Shown here piece by piece: positions 19,470 to 29,629 of a DNA stretch of 64,000 bases. How positions within the stretch are numbered: position 1 is the stretch's first letter; each line of letters opens with the position of its first letter. A program made the position numbers and the translations under genes. Under the pieces are notes generated by a model. It worked only from the letters and a program-made list of their open reading frames with translations, was not told where the DNA came from and made no database searches. This stretch comes from Candidatus Bathyarchaeota archaeon (GTDB lineage: Archaea; Thermoproteota; Bathyarchaeia; Bathyarchaeales; Bathycorpusculaceae): assembly GCA_963780185.1 (NCBI GenBank), contig CAWABA010000001.1, positions 64,001-128,000 of the forward strand. Direction: 5' to 3'.

Positions 19470-19604
19470 GATGTTTACGGCTCCACGAATTACCTCAAGA
19501 AAACACAAGATGCTTTTTTTCAATCCTAAAGCGACAGCAGCGATTTTTACGTAATCTTTATTATGGTATCGAGCCGTTTTAAAGGTAAATTCGAGGGAAC
19601 TTGG

Positions 19605-20905
19605 ATGACAAAAGCCTCTGCGCTTAAAAAAAGCACATCAGAAGTTTACGAGTCACGGGAAAATTGGCCGCCCTACACTTACAGGGATTACCCAGACATC
19701 AAACCTGAAACCTACAAAGCCTTCATGGAGTTCCTAAACACCGAGAACAAGTCGGGCAGATTGATGGAGCTTCAACCGTGGATTTCTGTTTGCGACTCAA
19801 AATGCGCGTTTTGTTATTTCCCAACCACCGCGACAAGCAAAGTGAAGATTGAGCCATACCTTGCCTTGCTCAAGAAAGAACTTGAAATGTACGCTAAAAC
19901 CAAGTATGTGAAGACAAGCTGTTTTGACGAAATCGTTTTGGGCGGTGGAACCCCCAGCGTTTTGGCTGCCGAGCAGATGATTGACCTTATCGATTTCTGC
20001 AAGGCGAACTTCAACATAAACAAAGAATATTTCATCAAAGTAACAGGTTCCTCAAAGACTCTTGCGCTTCCAAAAATCGACAAACTCGCCGAATACGGCG
20101 TTTACCAGATGGATATGGGCGCGCAAACCTTCGACGACAAACTCCGAAAATGCTTTGCTTGCCCGATTCTGCGGCAGACGTTGAAAAAGCCATTCGCCAT
20201 GCCCGGAAACTGGGTTTATGCGTCTGCGTTGACCTAATGTATAATCTTCCTGGGCAAACAATGGAAAGCTGGATAGACACACTCAAAAAAACAATTGAGC
20301 TTGACGTGGAAGTCGACGCATACTCGCTGCATGTTGATCCCGGCACGACTCTGGAAAAAATGATTAAAACAGGCGTTTCGCCGCCTACAGGAGACGCCGA
20401 ATACGAGAAGCAAATGTACCTGACAGCCTACAACATGCTTACCGAAGCAGGCTACAAAGCCGTTGGGCATGACCGTTTCAGCCGCGTTGAGTGGCACATG
20501 CGTGAAAACTGCCTTAACGGTTGGCCATGGGGTGGCATATTGACCACGGGTGCAGGCTGCTTTATGGGGTATCTGCAGAAGTTCAGTTACTCCAACATCG
20601 AAAACATCAACGACTACATGGCAGACGGTCAAAGCGGGGAAACTGCCGATAAGCAGACTTTCGAATCCACAAATGAGGACATGATGAGGCGAACGATGAC
20701 TCGGCTGTACCTGCGGTTGCCAGTGAGCAAGAAAGAGTTCATGGAGAAATTCGGAACCACACCCGAAAAGGTCTTTCCGAAACAGCTTCAGAAACTCAAG
20801 GACAAGGGACTTATCGAAATCGACGACAAAGAAGTCCGAATAACGAAGCTGGGCGAAATCTGGAAAGGCAACATAGCTTGGGAATTTGCACCTAACCAAA
20901 CCTAA
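19605..20905 (+). CDS. HemN/ChuW-like radical SAM enzyme (frameshift near 20150)
   Basis: CDSKCAFCYF, LGGGTPS, MGAQTFDD, then DLMYNLPGQT and a C-terminal LIEID...RIT..G. The two ORFs join if one A is added in cgaaaatg. Confidence 0.85.
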
Positions 20906-21040
20906 TTTTTCCCTTGCCCGTTTTTCTCCGTTTATTTCCTTTTAATCAATTTTTTTAAAGCCATAAACCCGAAAAAGTACCCCAAAACGATTGCCGCTTT
21001 GCGCGAGATGTTGTTTGATGATGCCATCCGGGTTTCCAGC

Positions 21041-21222
21041 AAACTTTTGTAATATTACAAAACTTCAAGCGGAAACAATGGTTTTCCCTGTTTCTTTAGC
21101 TCGCAAAATCTTAAAGGATTTAAGCCTAAACCAAAAAATCAACCCAAAACAAGCCCTAAGCGGAACCCGCCTACCGAGGGAGGGGGTCTAGTATTTACAA
21201 CCAAAAACCACCACAAAAATGG
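21041..21222 (+). repeat. Dispersed intergenic element, copy 2 of 5
   Basis: Perfect palindrome TTTTGTAATATTACAAAA (21045-21062) ... CAACCCAAAACAAGCCC ... CCGAGGGAGGGGGTCTAGTATTTACAACCAAAAACCACCACAAAAATGG. Confidence 0.9.
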
Positions 21223-21348
21223 ATAAACAAAACCCTCAAAATCAACCCAAAACTCGAAAACTCCTTAACTTGCCCGTTCCGCATTTTTTCGCTTTATTTA
21301 GAAAACTATATAATTCCTCTCGGCGTACAAGCAGTCCCTAAGGGCGTA

Positions 21349-22740
21349 TTGAGTTTGAAGATTACTTTGGTTAATCCTCCTTATCCGTTGCATGTGCATT
21401 CGCATCCGCCGTTTATTCCGTTGGGGCTCGCTTATTTGGGCGCGGTGGCTGAGCAGGCGGGACACGAAGTCAACGTTATCGACTGCCAAGCAGAAAAACT
21501 AACATACGACCTTTTCAAGCAGAGAATCAGCCAGCTAAAACCCGACGTCATCGGAGTAACATCAACCACGCTTCTCTACAAATCCGCCATGCAACTCATC
21601 AACATAGCCAAAGAAGTCCACCCGCAAGCCGTCACGATGCTCGGCGGAAGCCACGCAACCTTCTGGGACGAAAACGCCCTCAAAGAGTACCCCAGCCTCG
21701 ACGTGGTTGTAAGGCGGGAAGGCGAAACAACCTTCGTTGAGCTTCTCAACAAGCTGCAAAGCGGAGGCAGCTTCTCTGACGTGCTCGGAGTCACTTTCCG
21801 CGCAAAAGACGGCACAATCGTCCGCACCGAAGACAGACCATTTCTGGAGGACCTAGACTCACTGCCTTTCCCCGCACATCATCTTCTTCCGCTTGAGTCG
21901 CTCAAACGCATGGGCAAAATCATGTTCCCACTTATGACAAGCCGCGGCTGCGTCTACTGGTGCGACTTCTGCAGCACAGTACGCATGTTCGGCAGAGGTT
22001 ACCGTTTCAGAAGCCCCAAAAACGTCGTCGACGAAATGCAGCTGGTACACGACAAATACGGCGTAGACCAAGTCACCTTCTACGACGACGCCTTCTCAGT
22101 TAACCGCGACCGAGTCATCAAAATCTGCGAGGAACTCCACACCAGAAAACTCGACATGACATGGGACTGCGGCACCCGCGTCGACATGGTTGACCGCGAA
22201 ATGCTAAAAACCATGCATGACGCAGGCTGCATAGCAGTTTGGATGGGCGTTGAGTCAGGTTCAGAAGCCATACTGGGAAAGATGAACAAGAAAATCAAGC
22301 TTGACCAGACACGGTCAGCCTTCAAAACAGCAACTGAAGTTGGGTTAATGACGATCGGGAACGTTGTGTTGGGGTTCCCAGGCGAGACGGAGCAAACGGC
22401 GAAAGAAACGATCCGCTTCGTCAAGGAACTTAAGCTCGATGACGTAGGCTTCTACGTTGCCACACCTTACCCGGGAACACCAATGTATGAACAAGTCGTA
22501 AAGAACGGTTGGCTACGGATCACCGACTTTGACAAATACGACACGGCAGGACCAACATTTGAAACCCCACAGCTAACCATGGAGAAACTTGCGGAGATCC
22601 GATACAAAGCTTACCAACAATTCTACCTGCGCCCAGGATACGTGCTTCACATGATGCGCAGAGGCGGAACATACGGGAAATCAGCGGTGAAAACTTCAGG
22701 CGCTTACCTGCTCAGGGCTCTGCACATTCGGCTGTCTTAA
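21349..22740 (+). CDS. Cobalamin-dependent radical SAM enzyme (#3)
   Basis: NPPYP...PLGLAYL, GGSHAT, SRGCVYWCDFC, GVESGS, TPYPGT. Confidence 0.92.
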   Translation: MSLKITLVNPPYPLHVHSHPPFIPLGLAYLGAVAEQAGHEVNVIDCQAEKLTYDLFKQRISQLKPDVIGVTSTTLLYKSAMQLINIAKEVHPQAVTMLGGSHATFWDENALKEYPSLDVVVRREGETTFVELLNKLQSGGSFSDVLGVTFRAKDGTIVRTEDRPFLEDLDSLPFPAHHLLPLESLKRMGKIMFPLMTSRGCVYWCDFCSTVRMFGRGYRFRSPKNVVDEMQLVHDKYGVDQVTFYDDAFSVNRDRVIKICEELHTRKLDMTWDCGTRVDMVDREMLKTMHDAGCIAVWMGVESGSEAILGKMNKKIKLDQTRSAFKTATEVGLMTIGNVVLGFPGETEQTAKETIRFVKELKLDDVGFYVATPYPGTPMYEQVVKNGWLRITDFDKYDTAGPTFETPQLTMEKLAEIRYKAYQQFYLRPGYVLHMMRRGGTYGKSAVKTSGAYLLRALHIRLS

Positions 22741-23104
22741 CTTCCTCACAAACGCGACGGAAGCAAAAACCAGCACCATCCCGCTGAGAGAAACCGTTAT
22801 TGAAGTAAAGTTTATGCCAATAGGCGAAAGCCCCAGAAACAAGCCTGCTAACCCATCTAAACCAAAACTCAAAGCCACCGACAACACCAACTGCTCAACT
22901 GGATCAATACTATTTCTGCCCTATGAAGAGGATATTGATTAAGCAGTAGCCTGGCAGAAAAACGACAAAAACAAAACCGAAAACATAACGCAAAACAGCA
23001 AACAGGGAGTCGCCGGGAATAAGGTAAGTAACTGCCAAAGTTAAAACTGTGAATGCGATGATTATTTCAAGCCATTTAAGAGGTTTCAGATTTTCGCGCT
23101 TCAA
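22696..23104 (-). CDS. DUF1616-like small membrane protein (frameshift near 22915)
   Basis: LRYVFGFVFVVFLPGYCL joined to D..EQLVLSVALSF, the typical archaeal DUF1616 pattern. Overlaps the 3' end of the convergent rSAM gene. Confidence 0.7.
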
Positions 23105-23142
23105 AACTTTAAACAAATAAAAAATAAAGGAAGGAGTTTTTT

Positions 23143-24054
23143 CTACAGGAACATCTTGTAGATTGGATGAGTCTCGTCTACGGGTCTTGTTCCAAGGTCG
23201 CCTGCGGCTGATGCAATGTATGTATCGGTTACTGCAACGGCTGGGAATATCCATTCTGCTTGTTCTGCGGGTCCAATCATTAGCCAGTTTGCGCCTGCTA
23301 CTTGCATAATTGAGTTCGTTGCGGTTCTGCATCCGGGGCGGAATTCTTTCGCGACGTTTGCTTTAACCCAACCCATCGTAGTGACAACGTTTCCGCTGCC
23401 TAAGCCTACTGGGTGACCATACTTCTCTTTCATGATCGGTATGGTTCGAACTGCAGTGCCCATGTCTGGAGCGAACGCGGGAATAGCTGTGTCAATCAAA
23501 GGTTTTGTGATTCCACCTTTTTCTGCCAACGCTAATGCTTCCTGGATAACCTTCATTTTACCTTCTAATGTGGTATCTTTGGGGTCATCAGCAAGCACTA
23601 TGGACATTTTGACGCCGCTTTCCTTTAAATTCGCCAATTCAGCATCAGTTACACCTTTGTAAACTGAGTTGTAAAGGCATCGGTCTGCAAGACCCATCTT
23701 TTTTGCAATGGTTGCTGCTGTCATACGTGTCTTCGGACTCATCGCGTCAAGCATCAACGGTGCGTCACTGTGTTTTGCAACGAAGTCAATGTACTTCTCA
23801 AAAGCCAAATCAGTAGTTCCAACGATATCAAAAGCGAACTGCACGCCGGTAATGTCACTTTGAGTCTGCATTGTGTTGATTATGTCTTCTGCTGCTTTTG
23901 CATCAAAAAGACCCTTGTTTGCGTCTTGAACCATTTTTTGGCCAAGCCAAAAGATAGAACCAATCAGAAAAGTCGGTAATTCCCCTGGCTGACCGCCAAC
24001 TTTAGCTTTTCCAACCGTGTAAATATTCTGTTTCGTGTTGAATTTAAAGGACAT
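23143..24054 (-). CDS. mtrH: MtrH-family pterin:corrinoid methyltransferase
   Basis: KVGGQPGELPTFLIGSIF, DAMSPKTRM, LYNS, PLIDTA, PVGLGSGN, GANWLMIGP are MtrH signatures. Confidence 0.9.
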   Translation of the reverse strand: MSFKFNTKQNIYTVGKAKVGGQPGELPTFLIGSIFWLGQKMVQDANKGLFDAKAAEDIINTMQTQSDITGVQFAFDIVGTTDLAFEKYIDFVAKHSDAPLMLDAMSPKTRMTAATIAKKMGLADRCLYNSVYKGVTDAELANLKESGVKMSIVLADDPKDTTLEGKMKVIQEALALAEKGGITKPLIDTAIPAFAPDMGTAVRTIPIMKEKYGHPVGLGSGNVVTTMGWVKANVAKEFRPGCRTATNSIMQVAGANWLMIGPAEQAEWIFPAVAVTDTYIASAAGDLGTRPVDETHPIYKMFL

Positions 24055-24072
24055 GTTTCCTCATCTGAAGGA

Positions 24073-24501
24073 TTATTTTTTGCCTATTGCTTTCTTTGCG
24101 AGTTCAGGAGCTTCTTCCTTGTTCTTGCCGAAAAGTGCACCCATTGCGTCAGCGTCTTCTTTTTTAACCGCAGCACCGCCCATAATTATGGCGATTTTTC
24201 CTTTAAGGCCAGCAGCCTTCAATGCTTCATCTAGTTTTGCAAGATTGTTCTTTGCTGGTACAGTATTTACTGAAATAGCGATCAAGTCTGCATTGTTCTC
24301 TTTTGCTTTATCAACGAAAACTTGTGGAGCAACGCTTTTTCCGACGTCAATAGTTTTAAATCCAGCGCGTTTTAGCGATCTTCTGACTGCTTCTTTCGCT
24401 GTGTCATGCATGTCCGGTTCAATGTTGCCGATAACGACTATGCCGATTGGATTCTCTGGTTCTGGAGGCTCTTTTTCCATCATAGATTTAAGCCACGACA
24501 T
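24073..24501 (-). CDS. Stand-alone corrinoid (B12-binding) protein
   Basis: VIGNIEPDMHDTAK (DxHxxG variant), IDVGKSV, ADLIAIS, IIMGGAAV; operonic with mtrH. Confidence 0.85.
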   Translation of the reverse strand: MSWLKSMMEKEPPEPENPIGIVVIGNIEPDMHDTAKEAVRRSLKRAGFKTIDVGKSVAPQVFVDKAKENNADLIAISVNTVPAKNNLAKLDEALKAAGLKGKIAIIMGGAAVKKEDADAMGALFGKNKEEAPELAKKAIGKK

Positions 24502-24621
24502 TTAAACACCTTTTTTCCTTTGTAATTACTCTGGGCTTTTTATACTCGAGTTTCATATTTAAGCTTTGACTAAAAAATTCATCAAAAATAAAAGAATACC
24601 ACGGAAAAGAGAGGGGCGCAA

Positions 24622-26932
24622 ATGTTCAAGGCAAACAAAAAATACGTTCTGCTTCTGTTAATTTTCGTCTTCTCATTCATTTACCGTGTTGTCCTAATGT
24701 TTTGGCAAAGCTTTCCTCCGGGCGCTGACATAGGATTACACGCCAGCGTCATCAACTCAATTACGGGGTCAGGCAACACTAATTTCCTCCACGATTACTT
24801 CCAGATGGGGGGAGGTCAATCCTTGACCTTTCCAGGGTACCATATTTTCACTTCAGCTATAATACTCATGACTGGCTTAACCGATTATGTTGCGCAGGCT
24901 CTAATTGTTGCGTTGTTTTCTTCGCTTATTGTCTTAGCGGCTTTCCTTGTAACTCGGGCGGTTTGGTCCGAATCAGCGGCTTTTGTGGTTGCCTTTTTAG
25001 TGGCAGTCTCACGTTTCGATATTGAAATGCTGATGTGGGCAGGCTACCCTAACGTTATAACGTTGCTTTTGATCCCTGTAACGTTCTACCTCTTTCTTAG
25101 AAGAGAAAGGTTCTCGTTGGCGCCCTTTCTTGTTTCAGGTTCGATTTTGGTCGGATCGATTTTTTTGACCCATTCTTTGAGCGCTGCAGTTTTTATCGGT
25201 ATAACCGCTATTACGGTGTTTTTTGCGTTGATTGCTCCCAAAACTTTTGGAACAACGCGCAAAAATGTTGCGAGCTGGTTGCTTCCAGTTCTCGGTGGTG
25301 CACTCCTTGTTTCACCATTTCTTGCAAGTGCGATTCCTGCTTACTTGAGCGCTAACTCGTCATTTTCCGCGGTTAACGTTATTGATCAAGCCGTAATCGC
25401 GACAAGAGTCCTTCCCATGGACGAAGTTTTGGCTCTCTTCGCCTGCCTTCTACCTCTTCTTTTATTATCCAAGAAGTATAACCGCCGATTCATTTCGCTT
25501 CCAACTTTCCTGATAATCATGTGGCTTTTCATTCCGCTATTGCTGACACAAGGTTACTTGTTTGGGCTTATAGTCGATTACAATCGTTTTCTTTACTTCC
25601 TGGTTTTACCCGTAATCATACTTTTCGCCATGATGATTGATCACGGTTCAGCATATTTTGCACACCTAACAGTAAACTATCAAAATCTTGCAAACCAGAT
25701 GCCGAAAACAACTCGAGCCGCAAACAAGTGGGCATCACGAATCTCCTCTGGCATAACCCGTAAGCGAGTTTACTCTATCTTCGCGTTAGGCTTCATTTTT
25801 ATCTTTCTCGTAACACTTCCCATTTTTCTAACACCTTGGCAAGGGGTCGAGATTCAAAGCTTCTATCAAACCATGAATAAGCCTGGCTACCAAGCCATTC
25901 AATGGGCCAAGCAAAACACAGCACCAGGCTCAATCTTTGTTTCTGACGCCCTCTATGGCTGGTGGCTTGGCGGTTTTGCAGAACGGCCAACCTTGAGTGC
26001 GGTCCAACCTCAGTATTTGACGGTTGACAGCGAGTTGGCGCCTGCAACTTTTGCTTCTAACTTGCTCGATACAGATTACATGATTGATAACGGCTACATT
26101 CAAGTTCGAGAAGACGGCGGGTTTGTGGGGAGACATAACCCTGAATTTCTAGCGGACCTCAATTGGTCACCTTTCCCCTTCTCCTTCTTCCAGTTTAACG
26201 ATAGCGAGATTACTTTGCTCTCACAGAATGCTGGATCTATGCAGTCCACAGACATAACTCAAATCCCGGTAGCCAACATGCAATTAGTCGGCGAGCAAAG
26301 CCACAGCCCATCAATTGTTGTCAACAAAGCAAACAACGACTTCAGCTACTCGGAAATCTTAACCATCTCACAAGGCGTAGCCTTCGCTAACATGACCATA
26401 GTAATCCAAAGCGACAATCCCAACATTTCTTTAGATTGGATCAACTTCATAATGAATTCACAAGGACAATTTCTACAGCCATCCAATAATACAGTCGCGA
26501 TGCTAGATACAGGCATGAAAGAGGTCGGTCAACTTGTTTTCATTGGCAATCAGCCGCAAGTGTCCGCGTTTAACACGCAAAGTCCCTGCATTGCACAACT
26601 CTCCTATAATCTGCAAGGCAAATCATATGCAGAAATACAGATTCTAGTGGGCATCTACCAAGTTACGGAAAATGATGTAGTAAACCCATACTAGCCTCAA
26701 CCAAACCTTGCTGGACAATGTTGAGACCGCGCAAAAACCAACTGACAATTTGCCCTTAACTACGTTTGATTATAGCGCGGCGTTGCAGGCTAACTCGGTT
26801 TCTTATGTCGCAAACCGCGATTTTGGAGTGAACGCGAAATTTGCTGATGACCCCCAATTTAGCCTCGTATTTATAAACAATGAAGTTGCCATCTTTAAAG
26901 TCAGGGCGAACATCAATCAGACTGGAGGATAA
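24622..26932 (+). CDS. Large GT-C-like polytopic membrane protein (frameshift near 26690)
   Basis: More than 10 TM segments, PPGADIGLH, PGYH, GYPN, DYNRFLYF, then an extracellular domain with AIQWAKQNT...FVSDALYGWW. ORF 26708-26932 continues it after a 1-bp shift. Confidence 0.7.
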
Positions 26933-26940
26933 CTAGCTTC

Positions 26941-29340
26941 TTGATGGGTAGATTGGCAAACGAGAGACAGCTTGAAGTTGTGTTTATCGCGATTTTCTCT
27001 GTGCTTGTTTTAGTCATCTTCTACACGGTCATATCGATGAATGGTGTCGTGCTCGGAAATGACCCTGCTGTTCATCTGGTAAAAGCACAGATTTTCCTCA
27101 ATACAGGCAAAATACCATTGGAAAACTTAGGTTGGACGCCTCCTCTTTACGAGCTTTTGCTTGCCACACTTATTTCTTTCAGCGGTGCAACTGGAATCGG
27201 ACAGATGATTTTTTTAGTGAAAGCTCTCGCAGCAGTGGTTGATTGGCTGCTTTTTATGGCTGTTTACTTGATGGCCAGTAAGTTTTTTGGCAAGAAAGTT
27301 GGGGCCGTAAGTGCTGTTTTGCTGCTGATGTGTTTTCCTGTGTTTGAGGCTAACCAGTTTGGCGGCTACACCACAGTACTTGGTATAGCTTACATTCTTT
27401 TTATGCTTCTTTATTTAACGAAAGCTATAGCGGATTTCGGTTTCCTCGTGGTTACCTTCATCGCGGCTTTTGCCCTTGTTTTGTCCCATCAACTTGCCGC
27501 TTTCCTGGCGGTTATGATGCTGCCTCCGATCCTGATCTATATGGTGATAAAGTCTAGAGGCGCCTCCCTTAAGGTTGTATTAGCCTTGATAGTGGGCGGA
27601 GGAATCGCATTCCTTTATTACTTCAAAGCTATGTTCGGATACATTGGTCTTGTTGTGGAATACGTGTTTTTTGCAGTGAAAACGTATGCTTTCCAGATCC
27701 CATCCGTCAGCTTCAAAGCGTTCATGGTCAATTTTGGGTTCATTTTCTTTCTTGCATTAGCTGGTATTGGCATTTCATTCTTTTTCCTAAGGAAAGAGAA
27801 AAAACTGTTTTCTTACGCAATATTGATGATTAGTTTCTTTGTTCCGCTTTTCTTCGCTCAGTCTTATCTTTTTGGTTTCTTCATGCCTTTCCAATGGTTT
27901 GTCTATTACTTAACGCCTGCAATGGCTATATTCGCGGCTGTTTCCGTCGTGTTTATTCAAGAAAAGTTTCTTTCGTTTTATTTGAAGAACAGAACGAACC
28001 TCTTGGTGCATGAGGGGTCTCCTCAATTTGGCACAATTGGAGCTAAGGAAGGACAAAAGGTTGCAAAAGCTTTTAGGCAACGTCTGATTGGTCCTATCCG
28101 AAGAAATTGGCTAAAGATACTCACCGCTTCTTTAGTCTTATTGATGTGTCTAGTGCTCGTTTTTCGCTCCGACATGGTTTACGGTAAAATGATCCAAGCA
28201 AGCGTTTACTACTCAACAACTGATGTAAAAGCGCTTGACGCAGGCATCTGGCTAAAACAGAACTATTCGAATAACGCAACGGTTGTTGACACTGACATTC
28301 CTGGTTTTTGGTTTTCAGCGTTTTCAGGCAAAACCGTTATTGCGCAGACTTCAGCCACGGTTGAGACAAATGACGTCGCGTGGTCAGTTCTGAGTTTATC
28401 ATACGACATTCAGGATTCTCAAAACCTGTTTCGGGCCTACGAGGCTTATGGGAACACTTTCCTAGAAAGTTACATTTCCATCAACGGGATCTGGTATTGC
28501 GTGTCATCGTCATCTACAGCAGGAGACTTTATCTCTTTCACTGAAAACGGGAAGAACTACGATTTCTCTTTCTCAAACTTAACAAGGGACATTTACTTTG
28601 ACCAAAATACATACCCAGCACAGCTTGAGTTGCGGTTCTCAAACGACTATGTAGCGTTAACTGAGACAATGCTTGTTCAAAACAACACTTACCCAACCGA
28701 CTTTTCTTGGGCTGTGACCCCCCTAAATGGCGACATTACAAACGTAACGCTTTACCTAACCAACTATTTCAACCTCCAAAATACCTTTTTCGATAAGGTC
28801 CAAATTCCTCAGTTCATGGATTGGGTTAATCCTTGGAATGTAACTTCAAAAATGTCTAACGGAAATCTCTGGACAGTTGTCAATTTCCCAAATACCGCCT
28901 CGGCTAACTACGTTGGCATCTATGACGATAAAAACCAAATTGCTTACGCTTACAACTTCACCGACCGACCTGACTGGGGAAACATTGGTGCTTTGGGCGG
29001 GGGAAAAATTGATGCTGTACGATTCCAGTATCAATTCAACGAAATCAACGCTGACCAGATGGTTAAACGACAGTATCAAGTTCTCTGCCTTTCGAAAAGC
29101 AATTTTACAGCTTTGCAGGAAAGCAATATTGAAAGCCTCTTTAGCTTCAAATCCGACCCGTTCTCGGTCTACACCAGAAACTACAAAGACTACATAACCA
29201 GCAACAACATCCAATTCATAGTTTACGACCGAAACCAACTTGACCCCAACATAATCCACCTGAAATTCCTGCAGCTAATATACTCAAACAACCGATATGT
29301 AATCTTCAAGATATTGAACAACTACAACCAAACCCAATGA
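26941..29340 (+). CDS. Large GT-C-like polytopic membrane protein, tandem paralog
   Basis: GNDPAVH, WTPPLY, many TM helices, AGIWLKQNY...PGFWF, C-terminal LIYSNNRYVIFK; same architecture as the upstream gene. Confidence 0.7.
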   Translation: MMGRLANERQLEVVFIAIFSVLVLVIFYTVISMNGVVLGNDPAVHLVKAQIFLNTGKIPLENLGWTPPLYELLLATLISFSGATGIGQMIFLVKALAAVVDWLLFMAVYLMASKFFGKKVGAVSAVLLLMCFPVFEANQFGGYTTVLGIAYILFMLLYLTKAIADFGFLVVTFIAAFALVLSHQLAAFLAVMMLPPILIYMVIKSRGASLKVVLALIVGGGIAFLYYFKAMFGYIGLVVEYVFFAVKTYAFQIPSVSFKAFMVNFGFIFFLALAGIGISFFFLRKEKKLFSYAILMISFFVPLFFAQSYLFGFFMPFQWFVYYLTPAMAIFAAVSVVFIQEKFLSFYLKNRTNLLVHEGSPQFGTIGAKEGQKVAKAFRQRLIGPIRRNWLKILTASLVLLMCLVLVFRSDMVYGKMIQASVYYSTTDVKALDAGIWLKQNYSNNATVVDTDIPGFWFSAFSGKTVIAQTSATVETNDVAWSVLSLSYDIQDSQNLFRAYEAYGNTFLESYISINGIWYCVSSSSTAGDFISFTENGKNYDFSFSNLTRDIYFDQNTYPAQLELRFSNDYVALTETMLVQNNTYPTDFSWAVTPLNGDITNVTLYLTNYFNLQNTFFDKVQIPQFMDWVNPWNVTSKMSNGNLWTVVNFPNTASANYVGIYDDKNQIAYAYNFTDRPDWGNIGALGGGKIDAVRFQYQFNEINADQMVKRQYQVLCLSKSNFTALQESNIESLFSFKSDPFSVYTRNYKDYITSNNIQFIVYDRNQLDPNIIHLKFLQLIYSNNRYVIFKILNNYNQTQ

Positions 29341-29386
29341 GAAAAAACCGAGCCAACGGAGCAACTTCGCAACTCCTTTGGATTCG

Positions 29387-29571
29387 CCATATTTGTGTTG
29401 GGTTTTGTGATTGTAAAATAATAGACCCCCTCCCTCGGTCGGTGGCTTCTGCTTGGGGCTTGTTTTGGGTTGATTTTTTGGTTTGGGGCTTGATTTTGTT
29501 GTGGGTTTAGGTTGGGTTGGGCTGGGATGGGTGGGTTTTCTGTTTGGGGTTTTGTAATATTACAAAACTTG
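29387..29571 (-). repeat. Dispersed intergenic element, copy 3 of 5
   Basis: GTTTTGTAATATTACAAAAC (29549-29568) perfect palindrome; minus strand reads CCGAGGGAGGGGGTCTATTATTTTACAATCACAAAACCCAACACAAATATGG. Confidence 0.9.
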
Positions 29572-29629
29572 TTCAAATAACGCTTAGCCAAGGCAAAAAA
29601 CTAAAATTAAAGGAAAAAGCGGGGAAAGT

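Noticed and set aside
23143-24054. mtrH as evidence of methanogenesis
   Set aside because: No mcr or membrane mtr subunits are in the window, and MtrH homologs occur in non-methanogens.
27995-28100. Possible in-frame insertion (intein or mobile remnant) in the second GT-C gene
   Set aside because: Only about 30 aa, with no intein motifs; it cannot be distinguished from an ordinary cytoplasmic loop without an alignment.
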